From a bacterium (GTDB lineage: Bacteria; Zhuqueibacterota; Zhuqueibacteria; Residuimicrobiales; Krinioviventaceae): a stretch of DNA of 64,000 nucleotides. Position numbers and translations under genes: made by a program. Shown piece after piece: positions 48,115 through 58,357 of the stretch; the first letter of the stretch is position 1, and each line of letters opens with the position of its first letter. The notes under the pieces were generated by a model, which searched no databases, was not told the DNA's origin, and saw only the letters and a program-made list of their open reading frames with translations. The stretch covers positions 3,136,001 through 3,200,000 of the forward strand of contig OY843751.1 in the NCBI GenBank assembly GCA_963693055.1. The letters run 5' to 3'.

Positions 48115-48843
48115 TTATCTCTTGTTTGTTTTAAAAATAACAATTGACGAATTCTGTATTTCAGCATAATAGTACTTGTTACTCATTGCATCTCTGACTT
48201 TAATTATATCTCCGGGTGCACCTTTACCCTGACAAATTACAGGTATAGTCAAAGAAATATTCTTGTTCACAACGCTCATATTTACCTGATCACCACGCTT
48301 TATAACGGGTACTGTTTCAACCATAGATTCCATAAGTACACGTCCTTGCGGAATATATCGTTTGGTACGTTGACCCACGGCCTTTTTTAATGAAACTGGT
48401 GAATCGTTTCCTCGCCAAGTCACCTCTACATATTGAATAGCAAGATCAGCTTTGCTTATAATATGGTATCGGTCTACAGGTTTTTTCAAAACCGGCACAT
48501 TTGTAAACCGTGAAATATCGGCAACCACTTGAAAAGATTCATCACTACTTTTTTCTTTATATGAAAAAGTAAATACTGTTTTACCGGTAATTAATCCCTG
48601 CTTTCGACACGATACTCTTACCGGAGCTTGAATTATATTATCATGAGATACTGAATTAAAATTCACTTTAATTTTACTATCTGATTCTGAAACATTCCTA
48701 CTAGATAGAAACGTGTAAATTTCAGTTTCAATCCATGCTATTGTTTTTGCATCCGGTTTTGCATATACAGTTATAGAAAATACCAGAATCAGAAACAGAT
48801 ATTTTAAAAAAAGTTTTATTTTTGTCGGCATCATATTAAGCAT
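48115..48843 (-). CDS. flgA: P-ring formation chaperone FlgA
   Basis: SAF domain, 'VIKRGDQV', 'GAPGDIIKV'. Confidence 0.85.
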   Translation of the reverse strand: MLNMMPTKIKLFLKYLFLILVFSITVYAKPDAKTIAWIETEIYTFLSSRNVSESDSKIKVNFNSVSHDNIIQAPVRVSCRKQGLITGKTVFTFSYKEKSSDESFQVVADISRFTNVPVLKKPVDRYHIISKADLAIQYVEVTWRGNDSPVSLKKAVGQRTKRYIPQGRVLMESMVETVPVIKRGDQVNMSVVNKNISLTIPVICQGKGAPGDIIKVRDAMSNKYYYAEIQNSSIVIFKTNKR

Positions 48844-48849
48844 TATAAA

Positions 48850-49638
48850 TCAAGATTTTAAATTATTCACCAGTGCCATCATATCATCACTGGTTTGAAT
48901 TGCTTTGGAATTTAATTCATACGCGCGTTGCGCAACAATCATATTTACCATTTCTTCAACAACTTCAACATTAGAACTTTCGATATAGCCTTGATTCAGT
49001 CCACCAAAACCATCAAGTTCGGGTACACCAATTATAGGTTCCCCGGAAGCACCTGTTGGCATTAAAAGGTTTCTACCAATATTTTTGAGTCCTGCAGGAT
49101 TTATAAATCTTGCAAGCTCGAGTTGACCAATCTCTTGTGATTGAGTGGAATTTGAAAGTTCAACAGAAACAATACCATCACGGCTTATACTGATACTTTG
49201 TGTATCAGATGGAATTGTAATGTTGGGTTCCAGATAGTATCCATCAGAGTTTACAAGCTGTCCATCACTCGATATTTTCAACGTTCCATCGCGAGAATAA
49301 CCAATGGTACCATCGGTCATTCTGAATTGAAAAAAACCATCGCCTTCAATTGCGAGATCCAGAGAATTGCCTGTCTGGGTAACATCACCCTGTGTAAAGA
49401 GTTTAGCAGTTGAAACAGGTTTTGTTCCACAACCAACCTGTAACTCTGTAGGATTTTGAATACCTTCACCGGTAAAGGAACCAGCAGGACGAATCGTTTG
49501 GTACAATAAATCCTGAAATTCAACTTTACTCTTTTTAAAACCGGTAGTATTCACGTTCGCCAGGTTATTGGCGATTGTATCAATATATAACTGCTGAGCA
49601 TGCATTCCCGATGCGGCAGTTCTTAGTGCTTTATCCAT
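48850..49638 (-). CDS. flgG: Distal rod protein FlgG
   Basis: 'ANNLANVNTTGFK', 'FQDLLYQ', 'AQRAYELNSKAI'. Confidence 0.97.
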   Translation of the reverse strand: MDKALRTAASGMHAQQLYIDTIANNLANVNTTGFKKSKVEFQDLLYQTIRPAGSFTGEGIQNPTELQVGCGTKPVSTAKLFTQGDVTQTGNSLDLAIEGDGFFQFRMTDGTIGYSRDGTLKISSDGQLVNSDGYYLEPNITIPSDTQSISISRDGIVSVELSNSTQSQEIGQLELARFINPAGLKNIGRNLLMPTGASGEPIIGVPELDGFGGLNQGYIESSNVEVVEEMVNMIVAQRAYELNSKAIQTSDDMMALVNNLKS

Positions 49639-49658
49639 AAATCAACTCCAAATCAATA

Positions 49659-50363
49659 TTATACCCTGCCAACATCATTAACTGCTTTATCAAGAGAATC
49701 ATCTTGGGTAGTTAATGCACGTTGATTGGCTTCAAAATGACGATATACCTCAATCATATTAACCATTTCTTCCAAGGTATTCACATTTGAACTTTCAACA
49801 AATCCTGCTTTTACTTTGACATCCTCATTGGTAGGACGAACAAAAGCATCTTCAGAAGCTTTGAAATAACCTTCGCCCACTCTTTTCAACATATTAGGAT
49901 CATCAACCTGAACAATAGCAAGATAATCTATAATACTATCATCTACCATTATAGCACCATCTTCTTGAACAGTAAAACCTTCATCAAGCAAAATGGGTCC
50001 GCCTTCGCCCATAACCAGATCTCCAGATGTAGTTGCAAGATACCCATCATCAGTCAAAGTAAAATTCCCTTGTCTGGTAAAATAGGTTTCAGCACCGCTT
50101 TGAACAGTAAAGAATCCATTCCCTACCAGAGCCATGGATAAGGGATTTCCGGTTTCGCGCAATTCTCCTTGAGTAAAATCAACCTGATCAAGTGGAGTTG
50201 CTTCTTGTGCAGGAAAACGACTAGCCTGCTCAAGGGTTTGACTGAAAACAACGCTTCTCTTAAAACCTACACTATTAGCGTTTGCAAGATTATTTGCAAT
50301 AACATCTAGCGATCTTGCATTTGTTTCCAAACCATTGTGGGAGTATATCATACTTTTTAACAA
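49659..50363 (-). CDS. flgF: Proximal rod protein FlgF
   Basis: 'ANNLANANSVGFK', 'TRQGNF', 'ESSNVN...EMVNMI...RHFE'. Confidence 0.88.
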   Translation of the reverse strand: MLKSMIYSHNGLETNARSLDVIANNLANANSVGFKRSVVFSQTLEQASRFPAQEATPLDQVDFTQGELRETGNPLSMALVGNGFFTVQSGAETYFTRQGNFTLTDDGYLATTSGDLVMGEGGPILLDEGFTVQEDGAIMVDDSIIDYLAIVQVDDPNMLKRVGEGYFKASEDAFVRPTNEDVKVKAGFVESSNVNTLEEMVNMIEVYRHFEANQRALTTQDDSLDKAVNDVGRV

Positions 50364-50387
50364 AACACTCTCTCCTTTACTGTCGGA

Positions 50388-50777
50388 TTAAAAAATTGCT
50401 TTTCCGGCAATTGCATTTCTTACTACTCGAATCAGATCACGTGTATCATAGGGCATGGGAAAAAAAGAATCGTAACCTGCACTTTTACATTCTTCACAAC
50501 CATATACAGTATTAAATGAGGTCATGGCAATTACTCGAGTTTTGGGATTATGCTCTTTAATAACCTGACAAATTGCTTTACCATCAACAATGTTATCTTG
50601 AATATCTAAAAAGACAGCATAATAATTATTTTTCTGCCCCAACTCTAGACCACTGTCTGTTGAAAATGCAGTATCAACAAAATACCCTTCATCACGAAAA
50701 GTTAATTGTAAAAGTTTGCATTTATCCCTGTCAGGAATTACAACAAGAATATTTTCAGCCATTTGAGTTGTCCTCAT
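50388..50777 (-). CDS. Atypical single-domain response regulator
   Basis: Receiver fold ('VFLDI', 'IAMTS') but degenerate acidic pocket and 'MP' in place of 'KP'. Confidence 0.7.
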   Translation of the reverse strand: MRTTQMAENILVVIPDRDKCKLLQLTFRDEGYFVDTAFSTDSGLELGQKNNYYAVFLDIQDNIVDGKAICQVIKEHNPKTRVIAMTSFNTVYGCEECKSAGYDSFFPMPYDTRDLIRVVRNAIAGKAIF

Positions 50778-50812
50778 TTTTCATCATAATAAAAAATAAC
50801 TAAATGAGTCAA

Positions 50813-50828
50813 ATCAAATAGCATGCCA
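50813..50828 (-). promoter_or_regulatory. Candidate sigma54 promoter (one mismatch at -12)
   Basis: TGGCATGCTATTTGAT (GG-N10-GA) upstream of the receiver-flgFG operon. Confidence 0.45.
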
Positions 50829-50960
50829 CTCGCCTATTTTTTTTGTTTATAAAAAACAAACACTTAGGCGAGCCAAAAACATTTTATTTTGGATATTATT
50901 TTAATAGAGGGAAATATTTACCGGTTTTGGGTTCAATCTTACCTTTAACCTAATTAATAT

Positions 50961-50987
50961 ATATCGGCAGAAATTATAAAAACTTAA
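50961..50987 (-). promoter_or_regulatory. Candidate sigma28 promoter
   Basis: TTAAGTTT-N11-GCCGATAT overlapping the cheB stop. Confidence 0.6.
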
Positions 50988-52036
50988 ACTTCTTTTTGCA
51001 AATGTTCAATTAAAGCTGAAGCACATTGATCAAGGGGAATAATTTTATCAACTGCACCCATTTTAATAGCTTCTTTTGGCATACCAAAAACAACACAGCT
51101 TTTTTCATCCTGGGCAAAGGTATAAGCGCCATTATCATGCATTGCCTGTAAGCCTTTAGCTCCATCTGCCCCCATCCCGGTAAGAATCATTCCAAGGGCA
51201 TTAGAGCCGGCATTTCGGGCAACAGAATGGAATAAAACATCTACACTGGGACGCTGATGATGTACGGGAGGACCATCTTTTAAAGAAACATAATATTTTG
51301 CGCCGCTTCTTTGTAACAGCATATGACTGTTACCCGGAGCAACCAATACCATTCCAGGAACAACATAATCATTATCCCGGGCTTCTCGTACTTCGAGTTC
51401 ACAGATACTGTTTAATCTGGCAGCAAAAGATGCTGTAAACACTTCAGGCATATGTTGTACAATAACAATACCCGGCATTACTGATGGCAAATTCTGTAAT
51501 ACAACCTCAACAGCTTTGGTTCCACCAGTTGAAGCACCAATAGCAATTACTTTGTGGGTTGTTTTAAGTTCAAATGATTTGGATTTTGATGCAGCAACGG
51601 CAGGCGATTGAACTGTAGCTGTTTTATCCTTTGGTAAAGACACTTTAGTATTAGCAGCAGCAGCTGTTCTAACTGCACGCACCATTCTATTTATATCAGG
51701 TGTAGAAAAGCCTGAACCTGGTTTGCTGACAACATCAATAGCACCAAGTTCAAGTGCTCGGAGGGCAGTTTCGCTATTTTCAGGTGTTAATGAGCTAACA
51801 ATAACCACCGGCATGGGATAATGTTTCATCAATTTCTCCAGAAATGACAAACCATCCATTCGTGGCATTTCTATATCAAGAGTTAACACATCAGGCTGCA
51901 GTTTAACAATTTTCTCCCGCGCCATATATGGATCAGTTGCAGAACCTACAACATCAAAATCATCAATTTTACTTAATTCTTCGGATAATATTTTTCGAAC
52001 CAAAGCCGAATCATCTACAACTAGTATTTTAATCAC
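50984..52036 (-). CDS. cheB: Chemotaxis methylesterase CheB
   Basis: Receiver + 'IGASTGG', 'VQHMP', 'RPSVD', 'LTGMGADGA'. Confidence 0.97.
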   Translation of the reverse strand: MIKILVVDDSALVRKILSEELSKIDDFDVVGSATDPYMAREKIVKLQPDVLTLDIEMPRMDGLSFLEKLMKHYPMPVVIVSSLTPENSETALRALELGAIDVVSKPGSGFSTPDINRMVRAVRTAAAANTKVSLPKDKTATVQSPAVAASKSKSFELKTTHKVIAIGASTGGTKAVEVVLQNLPSVMPGIVIVQHMPEVFTASFAARLNSICELEVREARDNDYVVPGMVLVAPGNSHMLLQRSGAKYYVSLKDGPPVHHQRPSVDVLFHSVARNAGSNALGMILTGMGADGAKGLQAMHDNGAYTFAQDEKSCVVFGMPKEAIKMGAVDKIIPLDQCASALIEHLQKEV

Positions 52037-52050
52037 TGCTATACCTCAAG

Positions 52051-52500
52051 TTAAATACTATTTTTATTATAATGCCAATAAACATTTACCAGCCCTTCAT
52101 CAAAGGGAATCTTGACTTTGACACGTTCATATTCACTACCAGAATAATCACTAATAAAATCATCTACAATTTCAGGGGCACTAAGGCGATATTGCTTATC
52201 CTTACCGGCCAGTTGTGGCAAGATGTTGCCACAAATCACATTAGCAACTTCTTTTAATGCGTCTAATTGTTGTTCTATTGGAATATCATCTTCAGCCAAA
52301 ATATTTTGCGCCAATACAGGTAACGCGCTATCAGGCAGCTTTATATAAAATCCACCATCAGTAAACCCGGAAAATCTTACCAGTGTCATTTTAGTACTAA
52401 CATCTGCATCTTCAGGCTCATCCGGAACGGGCATAAAAAAAGCCAATTCTTCAAAAGTTTTAACTGAAAAATCAAACAAAACCTGTTCTAACTTATCCAT
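52051..52500 (-). CDS. cheX: CheX-like phosphatase
   Basis: 'DALKEVANVICGN' ExxN motif. Confidence 0.8.
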   Translation of the reverse strand: MDKLEQVLFDFSVKTFEELAFFMPVPDEPEDADVSTKMTLVRFSGFTDGGFYIKLPDSALPVLAQNILAEDDIPIEQQLDALKEVANVICGNILPQLAGKDKQYRLSAPEIVDDFISDYSGSEYERVKVKIPFDEGLVNVYWHYNKNSI

Positions 52501-52876
52501 CAATATCTCCTAATAAATCCATAACAACCTGTTCAAGTTCTTCAGGTTGGAATGGTTTATGAATAAACAACGCACCTTTACTTTTTAATATATCAATTGT
52601 TGCTTCACTACTTTCCGAAGAAATTACAACAACAGCCATATCTTCAGTATCCGGATTATTACGAATTTTGTCTATCATTACATCACCGCTCATAACCGGC
52701 ATATTAATATCTACTAAAATGAGGTCTACCCAATTGTCATCTATAATATTAAGCCCTTCTTGCCCATTACTTGCTTCAAAAATGTTACGAATCGGGATGT
52801 CGCAAATGTTCAAAACGCGCTTTATCATTGCCCGCATTACTGAACTATCATCCACTATCAAAACATTCAACGACAT
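52493..52876 (-). CDS. cheY: CheY-like response regulator
   Basis: 'IVDDS', 'VDINMP', 'HKPF'. Confidence 0.85.
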   Translation of the reverse strand: MSLNVLIVDDSSVMRAMIKRVLNICDIPIRNIFEASNGQEGLNIIDDNWVDLILVDINMPVMSGDVMIDKIRNNPDTEDMAVVVISSESSEATIDILKSKGALFIHKPFQPEELEQVVMDLLGDIDG

Positions 52877-52895
52877 TTATATACCTCCATTGGTA

Positions 52896-53378
52896 TTACA
52901 ATTCTTTATCTACACCTTGAGATTTTACAATCACACTTCCAGTATTGATATCTATTGAAATATTTCTGGTAATATTTGAACCAACATCAAAAGATTTTAA
53001 CATGATTCCTTTTTTCCATAACAGCTTGCGAAACATTGTAAAGTTTCGTTTACCAATTTCAAAAATATCATTTTCACCGGGCTTTTTAAAACTCGCTCCA
53101 CCTGCAACCTTGACTACCAGTGATCTTGGATTTGCACCCAATTTCACACACTCGTTTAACATAGCTTCTACCCCGGTATCAACAAACATATAAGGGTTCT
53201 TTTTAGCTTTTTCAACATCAATTGAAGATTGCGGCAACATAACATGCAACAATGCTCCAATCTTTGTTCTGGGATCATAAACAGTGATCCCCAAACAGCT
53301 TCCAAGTGCATATGTTATTAGTGTATCAGCAGGGTCTGTTGAAATTATCATTTCAGCGATACCCACAATCCGTTTCAA
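52896..53378 (-). CDS. cheD: Chemoreceptor glutamine deamidase CheD
   Basis: 'LGSCLGI', 'LHVMLP', 'KVAGGA', 'IGKRN'. Confidence 0.95.
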   Translation of the reverse strand: MKRIVGIAEMIISTDPADTLITYALGSCLGITVYDPRTKIGALLHVMLPQSSIDVEKAKKNPYMFVDTGVEAMLNECVKLGANPRSLVVKVAGGASFKKPGENDIFEIGKRNFTMFRKLLWKKGIMLKSFDVGSNITRNISIDINTGSVIVKSQGVDKEL

Positions 53379-53397
53379 TACTTACTCCTCGGGTATT

Positions 53398-54237
53398 TCA
53401 AACACGTTTTTGATAAACCGCCGGTTGAATATAGGTAAACTTGTGCTCCGACGATGTTAAACTTTCAGAATGCCCAACAAACAAATAACCATTGTTAGCA
53501 ATTAACGAATAAAAACGATTGATTAAACGTTGACGGGTTTCTTTATCAAAATAAATCATAACATTACGACAAAAAATAATATCAAAGGGACCTTTCATTG
53601 GCCAATCTCCCATTAAATTCAAATAAGCATATTTAACAAGAGATTTAATATTGTTTTGCGCTTGGTAAACAACCTTGTCTTGATTTTTCGTTTTCGTAAA
53701 ATATTTATTCAACCTTCCCGCGGAAACTTCGGTTGCAATATTTTCACTAAATTGGCCCAACTTGGCAATTTCCAACATTTCATTAGAAATATCAGTCGCC
53801 AATATTTTGAAATCACGCTTTGCAATATCCGGGAATTCATCATGAAGAACCATTGAGATAGTATAAGGTTCAGCTCCCGATGAACAACCCGCACTCCATA
53901 TTCGCATCGCTTTATTATTATTTTTAAATTCGGGCAAAAAAGTATTTGTCATATAATCAAAATGCTGTTGCTCACGAAAAAAATTGGTTTTATTAGTTGT
54001 AATGATATCTATCATTTGTTCTAATTCTTTAGAATTTGCTTCCTCTGAAACAAAATCAATATAACTTTCAAACGAATCTAAATTTAACAAACGTAAGCGT
54101 TTGAGCAATCGTGACTTTACGAGTCCCAATTTATTAGGCGGTAAATAAATTCCAGCAATATCATAAACAATTTTACTTATACGCTCAAACGAAGAACGTT
54201 TTAAATCAAGTGACAATAAATCTAATGCCATATTCAA
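53398..54237 (-). CDS. cheR: Chemotaxis methyltransferase CheR
   Basis: 'TTNKTNFFRE', 'IWSAGCSSG.EPY', 'IFCRNVMIYF', 'GHSE'. Confidence 0.97.
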   Translation of the reverse strand: MNMALDLLSLDLKRSSFERISKIVYDIAGIYLPPNKLGLVKSRLLKRLRLLNLDSFESYIDFVSEEANSKELEQMIDIITTNKTNFFREQQHFDYMTNTFLPEFKNNNKAMRIWSAGCSSGAEPYTISMVLHDEFPDIAKRDFKILATDISNEMLEIAKLGQFSENIATEVSAGRLNKYFTKTKNQDKVVYQAQNNIKSLVKYAYLNLMGDWPMKGPFDIIFCRNVMIYFDKETRQRLINRFYSLIANNGYLFVGHSESLTSSEHKFTYIQPAVYQKRV

Positions 54238-54259
54238 TTTCCTTTTGATACTACAAAGG

Positions 54260-54943
54260 TTACAATCGTTTTTGTGTTTCTAAGCTTATATTTTCAACCA
54301 GATTAAATAATGGACTATCTGGAGGCATTTCTTCCTTGAGTTGTTCTGCATAAACCGCAATCTTGCCCAAAGCCTCTCGCTGCTCTATAATTGCACGTTC
54401 CCACTTTTTTTGAGCTTGAAAAAAATGATCAATTTTTGCATCAATTGATTTCAAATATGGATGAAGATCAGGATCATCAAGCATATCTCGTTTCTCAATC
54501 AAGTCCAGGATTTCATTATGCAGTGTTTTATATATATTTATAGTATTTATCGGATTAATAAAACTCTTGTAATCCAATACACGTTTAATTTTCTCGCGCA
54601 AATCTTTGATTGAAAATGGTTTGTAAAAATAATCAAAAGCGCCTAATTTCATAGCTTCAATAGCTGTTTCAATAGTAGCATAACCAGTTACCATAATCAC
54701 TTCTGTATCTATTGCTTCTTTTTTCACATATCGAAGCAAATCCATACCCCCTTCCTGATTATTTTCCAATCCTGGCATGTTTTTATCAGTAACCACAATA
54801 TCATATTTATTTTCTTTAAGATATTTGATTGCATTTTGAACTGTTGCAGAACTATCAACTGTATATCCTGAATCTACAAGAATACCAGCAATTAAAGATC
54901 TGGAGTCATCTTCATCATCTACAACAAGAATTCTTATTTCCAT
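54260..54943 (-). CDS. Response regulator with helical C-terminal domain
   Basis: NtrC-type receiver ('VVDDE', 'TDKNMP', 'VTGY', 'YKPF') plus about 100 aa of helices. Confidence 0.8.
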   Translation of the reverse strand: MEIRILVVDDEDDSRSLIAGILVDSGYTVDSSATVQNAIKYLKENKYDIVVTDKNMPGLENNQEGGMDLLRYVKKEAIDTEVIMVTGYATIETAIEAMKLGAFDYFYKPFSIKDLREKIKRVLDYKSFINPINTINIYKTLHNEILDLIEKRDMLDDPDLHPYLKSIDAKIDHFFQAQKKWERAIIEQREALGKIAVYAEQLKEEMPPDSPLFNLVENISLETQKRL

Positions 54944-54983
54944 TTTTACACCTTACAAGCTTGTGGATCGGTTAATAATTTAA

Positions 54984-55802
54984 TCAGGCTGTTTGCACAT
55001 CAATGGTTTTATTTACATTTGACAGTATCTTTTCAATATCTAAAAGTATTTTAACACTACTGTCAACCTTTGCCATACCTAATATATAGTCTGTATCAAT
55101 ATTAGTACCAAAAGCGGGTACAGATTCAATATCATCAGCAGAAATATTTAAAACCTCTGAAACCTTGTCAACAATAATACCTTTTTCACCTAATCGGGTC
55201 TGCACTACAATTATACAGGTTTCCTGAGTAGCTTCAATTTCTTCCATTAAAAACTTTGAGCGCATATCAACAACCGATACAATTTTTCCGCGCAAATTAA
55301 TTACGCCTTTAATAAAACGTTTTGTGCGGGGTACGCGGGTTATGGGTAATAAGCCCATAATTTCTTTTACTTTGGTAATTTCTATACCATAATCTTCACC
55401 AGCTAGAACAAATGTAAGATATTTGCCTTCGAGTTCCAGGTTCTTTTTAACAGCAGAACCTTTTGCATCTTGCTTCACATCCCGGTTCTTTTGTAATAAA
55501 GCTTTTGATGCACTTTGTAAACCTGTTTCTACTTTAGGGGCAGATTTTTGATTACTTGGTTTCTCCGGTTCAGACTTAACAGCTTGTGGTTCAGGCTGTT
55601 TTGGGCTTTCGGCTTTTGGCTCCTGTTTGACAGGTTCTGTCTTGACATTAGCTTTTGATTCGGATTTGACAGGTTCTGCAGCCTTTGGCTCAACTTTTTG
55701 AGCTGGTTTACTCTCTGTTTTTTCTTCACTTGGTTTTGGATCTTGACTGCTGTCACCAATCCAGCTTAGCGGATCAGCACCTAATCTATCTTTCTTTGCC
55801 AT
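54984..55802 (-). CDS. cheW: CheW with N-terminal ParB-like peptide and disordered linker
   Basis: C-terminal CheW ('KYLTF', 'GVINLRGKIV'); N-terminus 'MAKKDRLGADPLSWI' plus P/E/K/S-rich linker. Confidence 0.85.
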   Translation of the reverse strand: MAKKDRLGADPLSWIGDSSQDPKPSEEKTESKPAQKVEPKAAEPVKSESKANVKTEPVKQEPKAESPKQPEPQAVKSEPEKPSNQKSAPKVETGLQSASKALLQKNRDVKQDAKGSAVKKNLELEGKYLTFVLAGEDYGIEITKVKEIMGLLPITRVPRTKRFIKGVINLRGKIVSVVDMRSKFLMEEIEATQETCIIVVQTRLGEKGIIVDKVSEVLNISADDIESVPAFGTNIDTDYILGMAKVDSSVKILLDIEKILSNVNKTIDVQTA

Positions 55803-55806
55803 GAAA

Positions 55807-56559
55807 TTATCCTCTGTTAATAATTTCCTCGGTTAATTTTCTATAATCTTCTGCTCCCCTGCTTTTGGGCTTGTAATCAAAAATTGACATTCCAAAACTT
55901 GGGGCTTCTGCAAGGCTTATATTTTCACGAATTACAGTATTAAACATTTTTTCACCAAAATGAGATTGTATTCGCTCTGCTACCTCATTATGAAGACGTT
56001 TACGTTTATCAAATTGAGTACAAATGATACCGGTAATATCTAATTGAGAGTTTAATCGTTTTTTTACAATTTCTACAGTTTCCAGGAGTTTTGCCAGGCC
56101 CTGCATAGGTAAAAATTCTGTTTGCAGGGTAATATATACTTGTTGAACTGTTGTTAAAGCATTTAATGTGAGTAAGCCTAACGATGGTGAACAATCAATT
56201 ATCAAATAATCATAATTTTGAAATTCTTCCAACTTTTCTTTAAGAATAAACTCTCTGCCAGGCATAGTAGAAAATTCAATATCCGCACCACTTAGACTAA
56301 GATTTGAAGGTACAATATCTAAATTCTCTCTTTGAATCAATATATCAGATAGAGGAATATCTTGTTTTAAAACATCGTATATAGTATAATCAAGATCATG
56401 GGCCATTACACCTAAAGAATAGGTCAAATTTGCCTGGGGATCAAGATCAACCAGCAATACTTTTTTTCCATACATTGCCAAGCCGGCACCAATATTTACT
56501 GCTGTTGTGGTTTTACCAACTCCACCTTTTTGATTTAATATTGCAATTGAATGCATCAA
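55807..56559 (-). CDS. parA: ParA/Soj family ATPase
   Basis: Deviant Walker A 'NQKGGVGKTT', 'DLDPQAN', 'IDCSPSLG', 'EAPSFG'. Confidence 0.92.
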   Translation of the reverse strand: MMHSIAILNQKGGVGKTTTAVNIGAGLAMYGKKVLLVDLDPQANLTYSLGVMAHDLDYTIYDVLKQDIPLSDILIQRENLDIVPSNLSLSGADIEFSTMPGREFILKEKLEEFQNYDYLIIDCSPSLGLLTLNALTTVQQVYITLQTEFLPMQGLAKLLETVEIVKKRLNSQLDITGIICTQFDKRKRLHNEVAERIQSHFGEKMFNTVIRENISLAEAPSFGMSIFDYKPKSRGAEDYRKLTEEIINRG

Positions 56560-56577
56560 TATTCCTTTAATGATAAT

Positions 56578-58338
56578 TTAAAACTCTTTCAAAGTGCTTT
56601 CGTCAGTTCCATTTTGGGATCTTGGTAAATCTTCATCAAATGGAATAAGATTTTTGGGATCATCTTCATCTACTGATTTAACTTTTTTTCTATTATTATT
56701 GGAAAAGGATGATTGATCTATAAAAAAATCATCTCTATCAATTCTTGAACTTGAATCACTAAAAACTTTAGAGTTTTGTGAGGTCAAATTAAACTGTTCA
56801 ACCATACTTTTAATCTCTTCAGTCTGGCTGGACAACTCTTCAGCAGTACTTGCAGATTCTTCAGAATTGGCAGCATTTTGCTGGGTTAATTGGTTCATTT
56901 GTTCAACTGCCGTTGCTATTTGACCAATACCTTCATTTTGTTGGTCAGAAGCTATTGTAATTTCTGCCATAACTTCATTTACTTTATTAACGCTTTCATG
57001 AATTTCATGCAAACTGGTTAATACGTTATCATTCAGTTGAACACCTTGTTCTGCACTCTTGACAGAATCTTCAATCATCATAGCTGTATTTTTTGCAGCT
57101 TCGGCACTATGCATGGCAAGATTTCTTACCTCTTCGGCAACTACTGCAAAACCTTTACCTGCCTCGCCTGCTCTTGCAGCTTCAACCGCAGCATTTAAAG
57201 CTAAAAGGTTCGTTTGAAATGCAATTTCATCTATGGTTTTAATAATTTTAAAGGTTTCATCAGACTTTGACTTGATCATTGTCATAGCATTTGTTAAATC
57301 GTTCATACCAGACATTCCATTAGAAGTACTTGTCTGAGCGTTTTCGGTTAAACTTTTGGCTTCTTTGGCGTTTGCCGTATTCTGATTAGTCATTGACTTC
57401 ATTTCCTGCAAATTACTGGAAACTTCCTCAAGAGAACTTGCCTGTTCTGATGCACCTTGCGCAATTACCTGACTACCCGTACTGATTTGAGTAGTTGCGT
57501 TTGCAATTTGCTGCACACCTAATGAAACCTGTCCCAAGCCATCATCAAGGTTATTCAAAGCTTTATTTAAAGATTCTTTGATGGCAGCAAAATCACCACT
57601 ATAATCACCATCCATACGAATACTAAGATCTTGTTCTGCAACTTTTTGCAAAATATTGGATGCCTTTATTACCGGTTCAGAAATAGCATTTAAAAGACCA
57701 TTTATACCTTTAACAATCTCTTGAAATTGTCCGTTGTGCTGCAATTCATCAGCTCTGGCGCTCAAATTACCTTTTTGACCCTCATTTAACAGAATCTTTA
57801 TTTCATCAACCAGCTTCTGGATATTTATTTTCAATTGTTGCATGGAAATACCCAAATAATCATTTTCAGATAAAATATGCGTATCAACCTGCAGATTCCC
57901 TGCTGATAGCTGTTTGGCAATATTTTCTTTTGCACTCAGCGTTTCACTGATAACATTGAAAACTTGAGCAAGGTCACCCAATTCATCATTACCCGATTTT
58001 TCAAATGTAACATTAAAATCGCCTTTGGATATTTTCTCAGCTTTGCTCAACAAATTTGTTACAGGAAACACAAAGCTACGAACCATCAACAACATTGTAA
58101 GAACCACAACAGCTATACCCAAACCAAATGAAAGGATATAACTTGTAACATGCATTGATCTTGTGATACCAAAGAAATATGAATCTACAGCAACAATGGC
58201 TATAGCACTAAAAAGAAATATGAACAATTTAAAGATTAAACTATTCTTCCAGATAATACGGCTGGCGATTGCCAAACTTGTCCATGATATTACTACAAGT
58301 AAAACATGAATCAAAACAGGTTTAAAAAAAGATTCCAA
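56578..58338 (-). CDS. Methyl-accepting chemotaxis protein (3 TM, HAMP array, C-terminal tail)
   Basis: Hairpin '[37 protein letters not shown]'. Confidence 0.95.
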   Translation of the reverse strand: MESFFKPVLIHVLLVVISWTSLAIASRIIWKNSLIFKLFIFLFSAIAIVAVDSYFFGITRSMHVTSYILSFGLGIAVVVLTMLLMVRSFVFPVTNLLSKAEKISKGDFNVTFEKSGNDELGDLAQVFNVISETLSAKENIAKQLSAGNLQVDTHILSENDYLGISMQQLKINIQKLVDEIKILLNEGQKGNLSARADELQHNGQFQEIVKGINGLLNAISEPVIKASNILQKVAEQDLSIRMDGDYSGDFAAIKESLNKALNNLDDGLGQVSLGVQQIANATTQISTGSQVIAQGASEQASSLEEVSSNLQEMKSMTNQNTANAKEAKSLTENAQTSTSNGMSGMNDLTNAMTMIKSKSDETFKIIKTIDEIAFQTNLLALNAAVEAARAGEAGKGFAVVAEEVRNLAMHSAEAAKNTAMMIEDSVKSAEQGVQLNDNVLTSLHEIHESVNKVNEVMAEITIASDQQNEGIGQIATAVEQMNQLTQQNAANSEESASTAEELSSQTEEIKSMVEQFNLTSQNSKVFSDSSSRIDRDDFFIDQSSFSNNNRKKVKSVDEDDPKNLIPFDEDLPRSQNGTDESTLKEF

Positions 58339-58357
58339 ACTACTACTCTCTTATTTT

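Noticed and set aside
55807-56559. parA as a plasmid or chromosome partition locus
   Set aside because: No parB gene or parS palindrome seen; it is embedded in the chemotaxis operon.
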